Source: Longimicrobiales bacterium (lineage in GTDB: Bacteria > Gemmatimonadota > Gemmatimonadetes > Longimicrobiales > RSA9). From it: 64,000 nt of DNA. The stretch lies in assembly GCA_035461085.1 (NCBI GenBank), contig DATHVW010000104.1, forward strand, positions 6,018 through 70,017, read 5' to 3'. A program made the position numbers and the translations under genes. Below are positions 36,736 through 45,620 of the stretch, in pieces. Numbering within the stretch: the first letter of the stretch is position 1; each line of letters opens with the position of its first letter. Under the pieces are notes generated by a model that saw nothing but the letters and a program-made list of their open reading frames with translations, searched no databases and had not been told where the DNA came from.

Positions 36736-36804
36736 CTCGGGAGCGGAACGGAGCGGGAACGTTCGATCCCGATCCGAACACGCTCCCGGCCCCGCTCCCG
36801 ATTC
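36736..36804. repeat. Palindromic extragenic element, family 2, copy 1
   Basis: CGGGAGCG/CGCTCCCG outer stem plus an inner GGGA..TCCC stem. It shares TCGGGAGCGG, GGAGCGGGAAC, CCGAACACGCT and CCCGCTCCCGATTC with 57044-57143. It lies between convergent stops. Confidence 0.8.
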
Positions 36805-36807
36805 AGT

Positions 36808-38250
36808 CTACTGCCCGGTAACGATCCGCTTCACCGGCGTCCCCGCAGCGATCCGCGCGTTGCCATCCTGGAGCTGGTTGATGAGCGCGAGCTCCGCAAT
36901 GTCGATGCGCGACGGATAGCGGCGGTTGAACTCGGCGAGCGTCATTGCCTGGCTCGGCCGCACGATCGAGATGCGGTTCGGCTGGACATTCAGTGCGCGT
37001 GAGTCCGTGAGCCGGTCGAACGATCCGACGACACTGCGGAACACCTGGTCATAGCGCTGAAGCTGCTGTGCCGGGGTGTACGAGAGGATCTGGTACGTCC
37101 GGTTCTCGAACGAAATGAAAGCCGCCACGCCGGCGACGGTGCCGTCCTGCGTCTGGCCCTGGAAATAGCCGGTGACCGCGGGGAACCCGTTGATGGTCGT
37201 GCGGCTGACCTGGCTGGACGCAAGGCCCTGCTGACCGAAGAACTGGTTGGCGGCCTGTGTCTCGCTGCCCTGCGCAAGCGTGAGCTGAATGATGGCATCC
37301 TTCTGCGGGCTGAGCGCGGAGACGGACTGCGCCAGGTTTTGCGTCTGCCAGCCCTGTGGGAACTGCAGGCGGAAGCGGAGGTCAGGGTGCAGGAAGACAC
37401 CGCCCTCGAAGAACCCTGCACGCGGGTTGTCGCCGTATACCAGGCCGTCGATGCGGTTCATGTACGTGTCCACGTTCTTCTTCGTACCGCTGAGATCCTG
37501 GTTCAGCGTGGACAGCGTCTGCTGAATGCGCTCGATGCGCTCCTCCGGATACGGATGGCTGGCGAGCCACGTCGGCAGCGGACTCTGACCGGCCGCCTGG
37601 CTGGCGCGCTGCAATTGACCGAACATGTTCACCATCTCGCGCACGTCGTAATTCTGCTGGAGCGAATACCGGAACCCGAGGTCGTCGGCCTGCCGCTCCG
37701 CATCGCGGCCGTAGCTGAGGAACAGCAGCTGGAGACCGGCGCCGGCCAGCTGCCCGAGCTGGGCGATTTCCGGGACCAGAATCGATCCGACGCCGAGCCC
37801 GAGCTGCGCCAGCTGTGCGCGGCTCATCAGCGTCACGGAATGGCGCGCCGTGATGTGTCCGATCTCGTGGCCGAGCACACCCGCGAGCTCCGCCTCCGAG
37901 CCCATGAGCGCCAGTATCCCCCGTGTGACGAAGATTGGCCCGCCTGGCAGTGCGAACGCGTTCGGGGTCGGGTCATCCACCACCTGGAAGCTCCACGGCA
38001 GGTCGGGACGCTCCGACTGTGCGGCCATCGTGCTGCCGATCCGCGCCACGTAGCTCTGGAGCGCCGCATCCTCGACGAGGCCGATCGACTGCGCGGCCTG
38101 CACCGCGGCCTCCTGGCCCATCTGGATCTCCTGCGATTCGGAGATCAGTGCCAGCTGGCGTTCGCCTGTTACGGGGTTCGTCGCGCAGCCGCTGGCGAGT
38201 GGGAGTAGGGCGAGCAGCGGCATCGAGGTCATCAATGTGAGGCGTCGCAC
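36808..38250 (-). CDS. M48 family metalloprotease, lipoprotein
   Basis: Lipobox LPLASGC, HEIGHITARH zinc motif. 480 aa. Confidence 0.85.
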   Translation of the reverse strand: MRRLTLMTSMPLLALLPLASGCATNPVTGERQLALISESQEIQMGQEAAVQAAQSIGLVEDAALQSYVARIGSTMAAQSERPDLPWSFQVVDDPTPNAFALPGGPIFVTRGILALMGSEAELAGVLGHEIGHITARHSVTLMSRAQLAQLGLGVGSILVPEIAQLGQLAGAGLQLLFLSYGRDAERQADDLGFRYSLQQNYDVREMVNMFGQLQRASQAAGQSPLPTWLASHPYPEERIERIQQTLSTLNQDLSGTKKNVDTYMNRIDGLVYGDNPRAGFFEGGVFLHPDLRFRLQFPQGWQTQNLAQSVSALSPQKDAIIQLTLAQGSETQAANQFFGQQGLASSQVSRTTINGFPAVTGYFQGQTQDGTVAGVAAFISFENRTYQILSYTPAQQLQRYDQVFRSVVGSFDRLTDSRALNVQPNRISIVRPSQAMTLAEFNRRYPSRIDIAELALINQLQDGNARIAAGTPVKRIVTGQ

Positions 38251-38506
38251 GTGGTGCTCCTGTCGTGTCGGTCAGGCGCGGCGATAGGCGCGCGTCGTGG
38301 TGTCCGGTCCGGGTGGTATGTGGGCAAGATGCGGACCCCACGCCGATGGACGGGAGTCATCCCCGGATGAGCCCGGGTGTATCACACCCAGACTGCCACC
38401 TGTCCCGCAGGCGAATCTATTCCGGGTCCGCGCGCGTCCAATCCTCTGAGCATCACGCTGCCGTCTCGAGGTGGGGGAGCGGCGGCAACACCGGAGGAGG
38501 TCTTTC

Positions 38507-38998
38507 ATGAATGCGAAGCGAATCACTCTGACTGTGGCCCTGGCGACGATCCTGTCGGCCGCACCGGTTCTGGCCGATCAGACGGCTGAAGTGCCGGACC
38601 CGGAACGGGCGGCGCAGCTGCACGCGCAGGCAGAAGCGCTCTTCTCGCAGCCGAAGCAGTGGAAGAAGGCCGTCCGGCTGCTTGAACAGTCGGCGGAGCT
38701 GCGCGGAGCCGAGGACCCGGAGGCATACGACTGCCTGGTGTACGCAGGGCGAATCCGTGCGGCCATCGGTGATTTCCGTGCGGCACGCTCCAACATGCTG
38801 AAGGCCGCGGATCACGCCATGGCCCGCGGTGCGGTCATCGATGCGGCGAACGCGCTCATTGACGCGGCTCATGCTGCAGTCGAGCTGAAGGACGCGCGGG
38901 ACGCCCGCGACCTGGTGGAGCGGGCCGAACTGCTGACCGCATCACCGCTGCTCTCCATGGAACAGCGCGCAAGGCTGAGGGCGCGACTCTCCGTGTGA
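38507..38998 (+). CDS. Secreted hypothetical protein (helical, TPR-like)
   Basis: GGAGGAGG Shine-Dalgarno, signal peptide MNAKRITLTVALATILSAAPVLA. No family recognised. Confidence 0.5.
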   Translation: MNAKRITLTVALATILSAAPVLADQTAEVPDPERAAQLHAQAEALFSQPKQWKKAVRLLEQSAELRGAEDPEAYDCLVYAGRIRAAIGDFRAARSNMLKAADHAMARGAVIDAANALIDAAHAAVELKDARDARDLVERAELLTASPLLSMEQRARLRARLSV

Positions 38999-39092
38999 CG
39001 GATCTCCTGAGCGGCCTGCACCGGATGGCAGGCGGTGGGGGCGCGACGCATCTTTCGTCGCGCCCCTTTCCCATCGCCGCGGATTTCCGGCC

Positions 39093-40112
39093 GTGGATGC
39101 GGTACCTTGTCCGCAGCGCGATCCACGTCAGGATGAAGGGGCATTGGGGAGCAGCGAGCGGGCACAGCGCAGCATCCGTGTGGCACAGGCGGGCCTGCTG
39201 ATCAACGCGGCGCTGGTCGTGGTCAAGATCGGCACGGGCATTGTCGGCCATTCCTACGCACTCATCGCCGATGGCGTCGAGTCATCGCTCGACATCTTCT
39301 CCAGCCTGATCGTCTGGCGCGGCATCCATGTAGCCGCGCGCTCGGCTGACGAGACCTACCACTTCGGCTACGGCAAGGCGGAGTCCGTCGCCGCGGCCGC
39401 CGTCTCGCTGATGCTGATGGGCGCTGCCGTCGGCATCGCGATCGAGGCCGTGCGCGAGATCCTGACCCCGCACCACCTGCCCGCACCATTCACGCTGATC
39501 GTGCTCGTCGCGGTCATCGCGATCAAGGAAGGGCTGTTCCGCTTCGTCATGAGGGAGGGTGAGGCGCTCGAGAGCGGTATCGTGCAGGCCGACGCGTGGC
39601 ACCATCGCTCCGACGCGATCACGTCCGGCGCGGCGTTCCTCGGTATCAGCATTGCACTCATCGGCGGCCAGCGGTACGCTGCCGCCGATGACGTGGCAGC
39701 GCTGCTCGCGTCGGCGATCATCGCGTTCAACGGCATCCGGCTGCTGCGCCCGGCGCTGGCCGACCTGATGGACCGTGCACCGGAGGCCGAGCTGCTCGAC
39801 AGCGTGGCCGAGGAGGCCGCGCACGAGAACGGTGTGCTGCGCATCGAGAAGGTCGTCGCACGCCGCGCCGGTGTCGGCCACTTCGTCACCGTGCACGTAC
39901 AGGCGGATCCCGCTCTCAGCCTCAGGGACGCGCACGATCTCGGCGGGCGCGTGCGCAGCCGCATCGTCACGAACCTGCCGCTCGTCATCGATGCGACCAT
40001 CCACATGGAGCCATACGAGGGCGCGCTCGGCGAGCACGCCATGCAGCGCGGCAGGTTGAGCGGACACCGGCCGCGCCCGCGCGAAACAGGCAACGACCGG
40101 CCGGCGTACTGA
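39093..40112 (+). CDS. Cation diffusion facilitator (CDF) family metal efflux transporter
   Basis: TM1-2 motif ALIADGVESSLDIFSS, HFGYGKAE, and a C-terminal cytoplasmic domain. The start is uncertain (an in-frame GTG near 39178 is possible). Confidence 0.8.
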   Translation: MDAVPCPQRDPRQDEGALGSSERAQRSIRVAQAGLLINAALVVVKIGTGIVGHSYALIADGVESSLDIFSSLIVWRGIHVAARSADETYHFGYGKAESVAAAAVSLMLMGAAVGIAIEAVREILTPHHLPAPFTLIVLVAVIAIKEGLFRFVMREGEALESGIVQADAWHHRSDAITSGAAFLGISIALIGGQRYAAADDVAALLASAIIAFNGIRLLRPALADLMDRAPEAELLDSVAEEAAHENGVLRIEKVVARRAGVGHFVTVHVQADPALSLRDAHDLGGRVRSRIVTNLPLVIDATIHMEPYEGALGEHAMQRGRLSGHRPRPRETGNDRPAY

Positions 40113-40117
40113 GTGCC

Positions 40118-40789
40118 ATGAAACCTGCGACCCGGCGCCGGACCCGCCTCCTGCTCGGCATAGCCGTGTTCTACATCGCGCTGTGGCTGCTCTGGCTGAC
40201 TCCCGTGATCTTCCCGCTCAAGATCTTCGTCGTGCTGCTCCACGAGATCAGCCACGCACTGGCCGCACTGACGAGCGGCGGCACCGTGGAGCGCATCGTG
40301 CTCGACATGAACCAGGGCGGCGCCACGTACGTGCTGGGCGGGAACAGCTTCCTGATCCTCTCGGCCGGCTATCTCGGCAGCCTGCTCTGGGGACTCCTGC
40401 TCATCGAGCTCGCCGGCGCGCGCTCACGCTATGCACGATGGGCCGTGGGTGTGCTCGGCGGCTTCGTGCTGCTCGTCGCAGCACTGTATCTCCGCAATCT
40501 GTTCGGCTTCATCTTCACAGCTCTCTTCGGCGCCGCACTGATCATCTCCGCGCGCAAGCTCCCCGCGCGCGGCGTCGCGAACGTCCTGCTCGTGCTCGGC
40601 CTCACCAGCGCACTGTACGCGCTCCTCGACATCCGCAGCGACATCCTCGCCCGCCCGCACGTGCAGTCCGACGCCGCCATGCTCGCGGACCTCACCGGCG
40701 TGCCGACCGTCGTCTGGGGATTCCTGTGGATCGGCCTGGCGATCGCTGCGTGCTGGATCGGGATGCGGCGATGGCTGGCGCGGGCGTGA
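40118..40789 (+). CDS. M50B-like membrane metallopeptidase
   Basis: HEISHALAA zinc motif in TM2, followed by GGATYVLGG and multiple TM helices. Confidence 0.6.
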   Translation: MKPATRRRTRLLLGIAVFYIALWLLWLTPVIFPLKIFVVLLHEISHALAALTSGGTVERIVLDMNQGGATYVLGGNSFLILSAGYLGSLLWGLLLIELAGARSRYARWAVGVLGGFVLLVAALYLRNLFGFIFTALFGAALIISARKLPARGVANVLLVLGLTSALYALLDIRSDILARPHVQSDAAMLADLTGVPTVVWGFLWIGLAIAACWIGMRRWLARA

Positions 40790-40819
40790 ACCCGCGTCGT
40801 TCCTCCACCTGAGCGCGCC

Positions 40820-42874
40820 TCACACGTTCGGCGGCGCCCCATCCTCGGTCCGCCCCCAGCACCGCAGCACCTCGGCGACGGACCAGGCCTGCGCGATGCA
40901 GCCGCGCGGCGCGTACGGCTCCTCCGCATCGAAGATCTCGGCAATGGTGCCGACCCCGAACTCGTCCAGATGATCGACGAGGCCGCTCAGCATGCCGCGC
41001 GCACGCGCGCGTTCCTCCGGGTAGCAGCGCAGCCAGGCATCGATGAACGGCCCGATGAGCCAGCCCCACACCGTGCCCTGATGATATGCCGCGTCGCGGG
41101 CGTGCAGGTCACCCCAGTACCGCGGCTGATAGTCGGGGTGGTCCGGCGCGAGTGAGCGAAGCCCTACGGGCGTGAGCAACTGCGACTCGACCGTGTCCAC
41201 CACGGCCTTCCAGCGCTCGCTGTCGAGCACCGGATGATCCAGCGAGACGGCGAAGATCTGATTGGGCCGGCAGGCCGTGTCATCGCCCTGCTCGCCATCG
41301 ACGATGTCATGAAGGTACTGTCCCTCCTCGTACCAGAAGCGGCGATTGAACGCATCATGGACTCGTTCGGCGTGGTGTGCGAGCTTTTGCGCCCTGGTCT
41401 CGTCGCCGGCCTCCCGACACCAAACTTCGAGCAGCCGCAGCGCGTTGTACCAGAGCGCGTTCAGCTCGACGGCCTTGCCGCGCCGCGGCGTGACGACCCA
41501 GTCGCCCACCTTCGCATCCATCCACGTCAGCTGGTAGCCCTCCGCACCCTGCCGCAGCAGGCCGTCGTCGGGATCGACACCAATGCCGAAGCGCGTGCCG
41601 GCGAGGTGTCGATCGGCAATATCGTTGAAGGTCGGCAGGAGGTCCGCGATGAGCGTGGCATCGCCGGTGTGGCGCGTGTATCGCTCTGCGGCATGGAAGA
41701 ACCACAGCGTGGCATCGGCGGTATGGTACAGCCCCTCCGTGGACTGGTCGGGAAACATGTTCGGGATCAGGCCGTCGCGCACGTAACGGGCGAACGTGCG
41801 CAGGATGTCGCTGGCTTCGCGGAAGCGGCCGGTGCTCAGCGTGAGGCCTTCCAGCGAGATCATCGTGTCGCGGCCCCAGTCGGTGAACCAGTGATAGCCC
41901 GCGATGATGGTGCGCAGCTCGCGACCGGCAGCCTGCGCACGTGCCTGCTCGGCAACGCGGCCGGCCGGCTGCGTGATGAACTGATCGGCCGCCAGCACCA
42001 GCTCGGCCGCCACTCCTGTGCGGGCGGCTCGCGGAGCGAGTGAGATGAGCCGGCTGCGGCGCAGCTTCTCGATCTCGTACAGGTCCTCGAGGCCCGCGCC
42101 GTTTATCGTGCTCCACTCCTCCGTCGAAGCGATGAGTGCAACGGGCGCGTCACTCGCAAGCTCCGCCTTCAGGTAACCCGGACTCCACAGGTCTCCGACC
42201 GCGGTGTAGCCGCGATCACGCTCGATGCGATACGCGATCCTCGAATGATGCTGCGACTTCACCACGAGAGCGGCGTTCTGTCCGCCATGCTGCATGATCC
42301 GCAGCGGCGGCAGATCCGCGGAACACGCGTGCAGCTCGAACTGCTCCCGGGATGCGACCAGCCGATACGGCTCCTGCAGCGGTGAGTCCACCGCGGCCTC
42401 GTACGATCGAAAGTGCACGGACGGCCGTAACCGCAGGCGCACGGGAGCAGCGCCTTCCAGCAGACGGTATGTCACGACCACGGTGTTCTGGAAGTGCGGC
42501 ATCAGGATCCGCTTCTCGAGCACGAACCCGTCCACCTGGTAGCGCCATACGGGCAGTCCGGTGTCCAGGTGGAAATCGGCGAAGAAGGATGCGCCCGGCA
42601 CGTCCAGCCCCTCCGTGTTCTCCGTACCGCCGAGCGCAACCCTGCGACCGCCGGGAAGCCGCAGCTCCTCGAGCAGATGATTGAGCATCACGGTGCGGCC
42701 GAGTGGTGCGGGCAGTGCGGCCACGAGCAGACCGTGGTAGCGACGCGTGACTGCACCGGCGACGGTGCCCGACGCGTAACCTCCCAGTCCGTTCGTTACG
42801 AGCCATTCGCGCGTGAGCAGTGGCTCCGGAGTGGCGGGCTCCCATTGCGGTGCTCGCAGCAGCGGCTCAGCCAT
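40820..42874 (-). CDS. Glycogen debranching enzyme, amylo-alpha-1,6-glucosidase (GDE_C) type with GDE N-terminal domain
   Basis: N-terminus REWLVTNGLGGYASGTVAG...RRYHGLL and (alpha/alpha)6 C-domain motifs (GYHWFTDWGRDTMISL, QGTVWGW). The start overlaps the treZ stop by 8 nt. Confidence 0.75.
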   Translation of the reverse strand: MAEPLLRAPQWEPATPEPLLTREWLVTNGLGGYASGTVAGAVTRRYHGLLVAALPAPLGRTVMLNHLLEELRLPGGRRVALGGTENTEGLDVPGASFFADFHLDTGLPVWRYQVDGFVLEKRILMPHFQNTVVVTYRLLEGAAPVRLRLRPSVHFRSYEAAVDSPLQEPYRLVASREQFELHACSADLPPLRIMQHGGQNAALVVKSQHHSRIAYRIERDRGYTAVGDLWSPGYLKAELASDAPVALIASTEEWSTINGAGLEDLYEIEKLRRSRLISLAPRAARTGVAAELVLAADQFITQPAGRVAEQARAQAAGRELRTIIAGYHWFTDWGRDTMISLEGLTLSTGRFREASDILRTFARYVRDGLIPNMFPDQSTEGLYHTADATLWFFHAAERYTRHTGDATLIADLLPTFNDIADRHLAGTRFGIGVDPDDGLLRQGAEGYQLTWMDAKVGDWVVTPRRGKAVELNALWYNALRLLEVWCREAGDETRAQKLAHHAERVHDAFNRRFWYEEGQYLHDIVDGEQGDDTACRPNQIFAVSLDHPVLDSERWKAVVDTVESQLLTPVGLRSLAPDHPDYQPRYWGDLHARDAAYHQGTVWGWLIGPFIDAWLRCYPEERARARGMLSGLVDHLDEFGVGTIAEIFDAEEPYAPRGCIAQAWSVAEVLRCWGRTEDGAPPNV

Positions 42875-44756
42875 TCATGTCCTCTCTGGTACTGTGACCG
42901 GCGGCCAGCACGGCAGCGGATCGCGCGGGAATCAGCCAGCCATCGTCGAGCTCGGGATGGACGGCGCCGCGGCCGCCATAAAGGATATCCTCCGTGGACA
43001 GCAGCATGTGCCAGCGCTGTCCGTTCGGAGGCGCGAGCAGAGGTTCCGGCGCCACCTGAAGGCGCAGGTCCGGGCCCAGGTTCACCACGAGCAGCCGGTC
43101 GTCATCCGCGTCGCCCGCATAGCGCAGCACGAAGCACTGCGCACCCAGCACGGCACCATCCACACGTGCGCCTTCCTGTGATGCAAGCACGCTGTCGCTG
43201 CGCGACAGCGCAATCAGGTCGCGATGCAGCCGGAGCACGTGCGCGTTCACGACGCGCTCGCCGTGATCGATGCATGACAGCTCGAACGTTGCCGGTGCGG
43301 CAGGATCGTCGATCCGGCTCTGCACGGAGGGCAGCGCCGTGCTCGGGAACTGCTGCAGGAACTCGCGGCGTCCGGCGTGCACCAGCTTTGCCACGTCAGG
43401 CTTGTGGTCCGCGAAGAAGAGGAAGCGCGCGGTCGCCGCGAACTCCTGTCCCTGAAACAGCATGGCCGTCCCGGGCATCAGGAGCAGCAGAGCCGTCATC
43501 GCGCGCAGCTCCGCCGCGCCCGTCAGCTCGTGCAGCCGTCTGCCTGCCGCCGAGTTCGCGATCTGATCGTGGTTCTGAATGAAGTTCACGAACGAACGTG
43601 CAGTCACTCCGCGCGTGGGCGTGCCGCGCCGCTTGCCCTGCCACGAGTAGTATTGTCCCTGGTAGAGGAACCCATGGCGCGCGCACGAGATCAGCTCCTG
43701 CGGCGTGCCGCGATAGTCCGTGTAGTACGCTTCCGTGCTGCCGGTCAATGCCACCATGGCGGTGTGATGGAAGTCATCGTTCCAGACAGCATCCATTCCA
43801 TGACCTCCTTTCTCGGGAGGGCGTACCGTGCGGACGTCCTGCGGTTCGTTCTCCGCAACGATCCAGACGCGCCGGTGCGGAGCGGCGGCGCGCGCACGTG
43901 CGACGACTTCCGTCACGATGTGGCGAGGACCGTTGTCGTAGATATTCTGCGTCGCATCGATGCGCAGGCCGTCGAGGTGGTACTCGCGGATCCAGTATTC
44001 GGCGTTGGCGAGGAAGTATTCCCGCACGTGGCGGGAGCCGGGGCCGTCGAAGTTCAGCGCCGCGCCCCAGTCCGTGGTATGCCCGGTCGAGAAGTACTCG
44101 TCCGCGAAGTCGCGGAAGTAGCAGCCGTCCGGTCCCATGTGGTTGTAGACGACGTCGAGCACGACGCACAGGCCGGCGGCGTGGGCGTGATCCACGAAGC
44201 GACGCATGTCGTCGGGGGTGCCGTACACGTGCGCGGGTGCATACGGCGCAACGCCGTCATATCCCCAGTTGAAACGCCCCGGGAACTCCGCGACCGGCAT
44301 GAGCTCCAGGACGGTAACGCCGAGTGTCGCGATCTCCTCGAGGTGACTCGATGCTGCCTGCCAGGTGCCGGCCTCCGTGTATGTCCCGATGTGCATCTCG
44401 TAGACGACCTGCCGCCCGGCTAGCAGACCGCCCCAGCCGCCGTCCGTCCACGGAAACGCATCCGGGTCCACGACCTCGGAGGGGCCGTGCGGCCCGGCGG
44501 GCTGGCTCCGGGACGCGGGGTCCGGCAGCAGCCCTCCGTCGGTCGTGCGGTAGCGATACAGTGTGCCCGGCCCGGCTCCGGCGACCGAGCCGGTGAAGCA
44601 GCCGTCCTCGTCCCGCGTCAGCTCGTGCCCGCTGCCGCGCTCGTCGTCGAGGACCACATGCAGACGTGCATGTTTCGGTGCCCATACCCGGAAATGAGTG
44701 CCGTCGTGCGACGGCTCGGCGCCAAATGGCAGGCGCCGCCCCAGCTCTGTCTGCAT
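42867..44756 (-). CDS. treZ: Malto-oligosyltrehalose trehalohydrolase (GH13)
   Basis: FRVWAP, YEMHIGTYT, NWGYDGV, HLDGLRIDA, VAENEPQD, WNDDFHH. Start at MQTELG. Confidence 0.8.
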   Translation of the reverse strand: MQTELGRRLPFGAEPSHDGTHFRVWAPKHARLHVVLDDERGSGHELTRDEDGCFTGSVAGAGPGTLYRYRTTDGGLLPDPASRSQPAGPHGPSEVVDPDAFPWTDGGWGGLLAGRQVVYEMHIGTYTEAGTWQAASSHLEEIATLGVTVLELMPVAEFPGRFNWGYDGVAPYAPAHVYGTPDDMRRFVDHAHAAGLCVVLDVVYNHMGPDGCYFRDFADEYFSTGHTTDWGAALNFDGPGSRHVREYFLANAEYWIREYHLDGLRIDATQNIYDNGPRHIVTEVVARARAAAPHRRVWIVAENEPQDVRTVRPPEKGGHGMDAVWNDDFHHTAMVALTGSTEAYYTDYRGTPQELISCARHGFLYQGQYYSWQGKRRGTPTRGVTARSFVNFIQNHDQIANSAAGRRLHELTGAAELRAMTALLLLMPGTAMLFQGQEFAATARFLFFADHKPDVAKLVHAGRREFLQQFPSTALPSVQSRIDDPAAPATFELSCIDHGERVVNAHVLRLHRDLIALSRSDSVLASQEGARVDGAVLGAQCFVLRYAGDADDDRLLVVNLGPDLRLQVAPEPLLAPPNGQRWHMLLSTEDILYGGRGAVHPELDDGWLIPARSAAVLAAGHSTREDMNG

Positions 44757-44867
44757 CCGCGCATTACCTCCCCTGACAGGCGAGCGATGCAGGTTCCTTG
44801 CCCCGTCCGGGAGCACGTGGCTGGCAGGAGCGCCTTGAAAAACGGGAGCCGGCAGGCCGCGCCGCAG

Positions 44868-45620
44868 TCAGCGCGGCGGGTTACGCTCCCACGAGCCGTA
44901 CATCGGATTAGGCAGGAGGAACCACGTACGACCGAAGTTATCGTACGCGCCCGGGGTGGCGCGGATCTGCTGTGTCTGGTCGGGGAAGTCCTGGATGTTG
45001 TCGCCGATGTACATGACGACCTCGAGCGGCGGCAGGTCTGCGCCCGTAGTTCCTTCGCGCACGGCGCGGAACCGGCCGTTCTTTCCACTCTCGCCGGCGG
45101 CCTGACAGAGAACGACATCGACGATGATCGTGAGCTGGCGCAGGTTGCTGCGCGTCTCGTCGCACACGATGTCGTCGCGATTCGTCACGATGGCCACGCG
45201 GCCGCCGAGCTCGCGCACGGTGCGAACGAAAGCCGCCGCGCCCGGGAGCGAATCGGCGGTGCCCTCCCGCACCCAGTCGTTCCACGTCTCCGGATCGAAG
45301 CGGGCGCCGCGCTCGACCAGCCGGCGCTGATACTCGGAGTTGTCGAGCACCGTCTCGTCGGCGTCGAGAATGACCGCCCAGCTTCCGCGCGTGCGATCGG
45401 CCGCGATGTCGCGCACGCGGTCTGCAGCCGTGCGATAGGTCTGCACAAAGATGCCGCGATGCTCCGCCGCCGTGCGGGCCCAGTGCACGTCGTTCGCACG
45501 CACGGCCGCCGGTGCCGGAGCCGTGGCCGCAGGAACGGACGCGCAGCCTGCGAGCAGCACGGCGGCGCAGGCGAGAACGACACGCCGAATGCCTGTGCGC
45601 GATCGTGCGACGGGCGTCAT
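44868..45620 (-). CDS. Class C acid phosphatase / 5'-nucleotidase, lipoprotein e(P4) family (HAD)
   Basis: Lipobox LLAGC, DDDD-family motif ILDADETVLDNS, VTNR, GDNIQDF. The start overlaps the speA stop (ATGA). Confidence 0.7.
   Translation of the reverse strand: MTPVARSRTGIRRVVLACAAVLLAGCASVPAATAPAPAAVRANDVHWARTAAEHRGIFVQTYRTAADRVRDIAADRTRGSWAVILDADETVLDNSEYQRRLVERGARFDPETWNDWVREGTADSLPGAAAFVRTVRELGGRVAIVTNRDDIVCDETRSNLRQLTIIVDVVLCQAAGESGKNGRFRAVREGTTGADLPPLEVVMYIGDNIQDFPDQTQQIRATPGAYDNFGRTWFLLPNPMYGSWERNPPR

Noticed and set aside
36755-36775. GAACGTTCGATCCCG inside family 2 copy 1, resembling a tRNA T-arm; possible tRNA or tRNA remnant
   Set aside because: The flanking pairing partners are only about 49 nt apart, there are no D or anticodon arms, and the loop is 8 nt rather than 7. 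It is better explained as part of the palindromic element.
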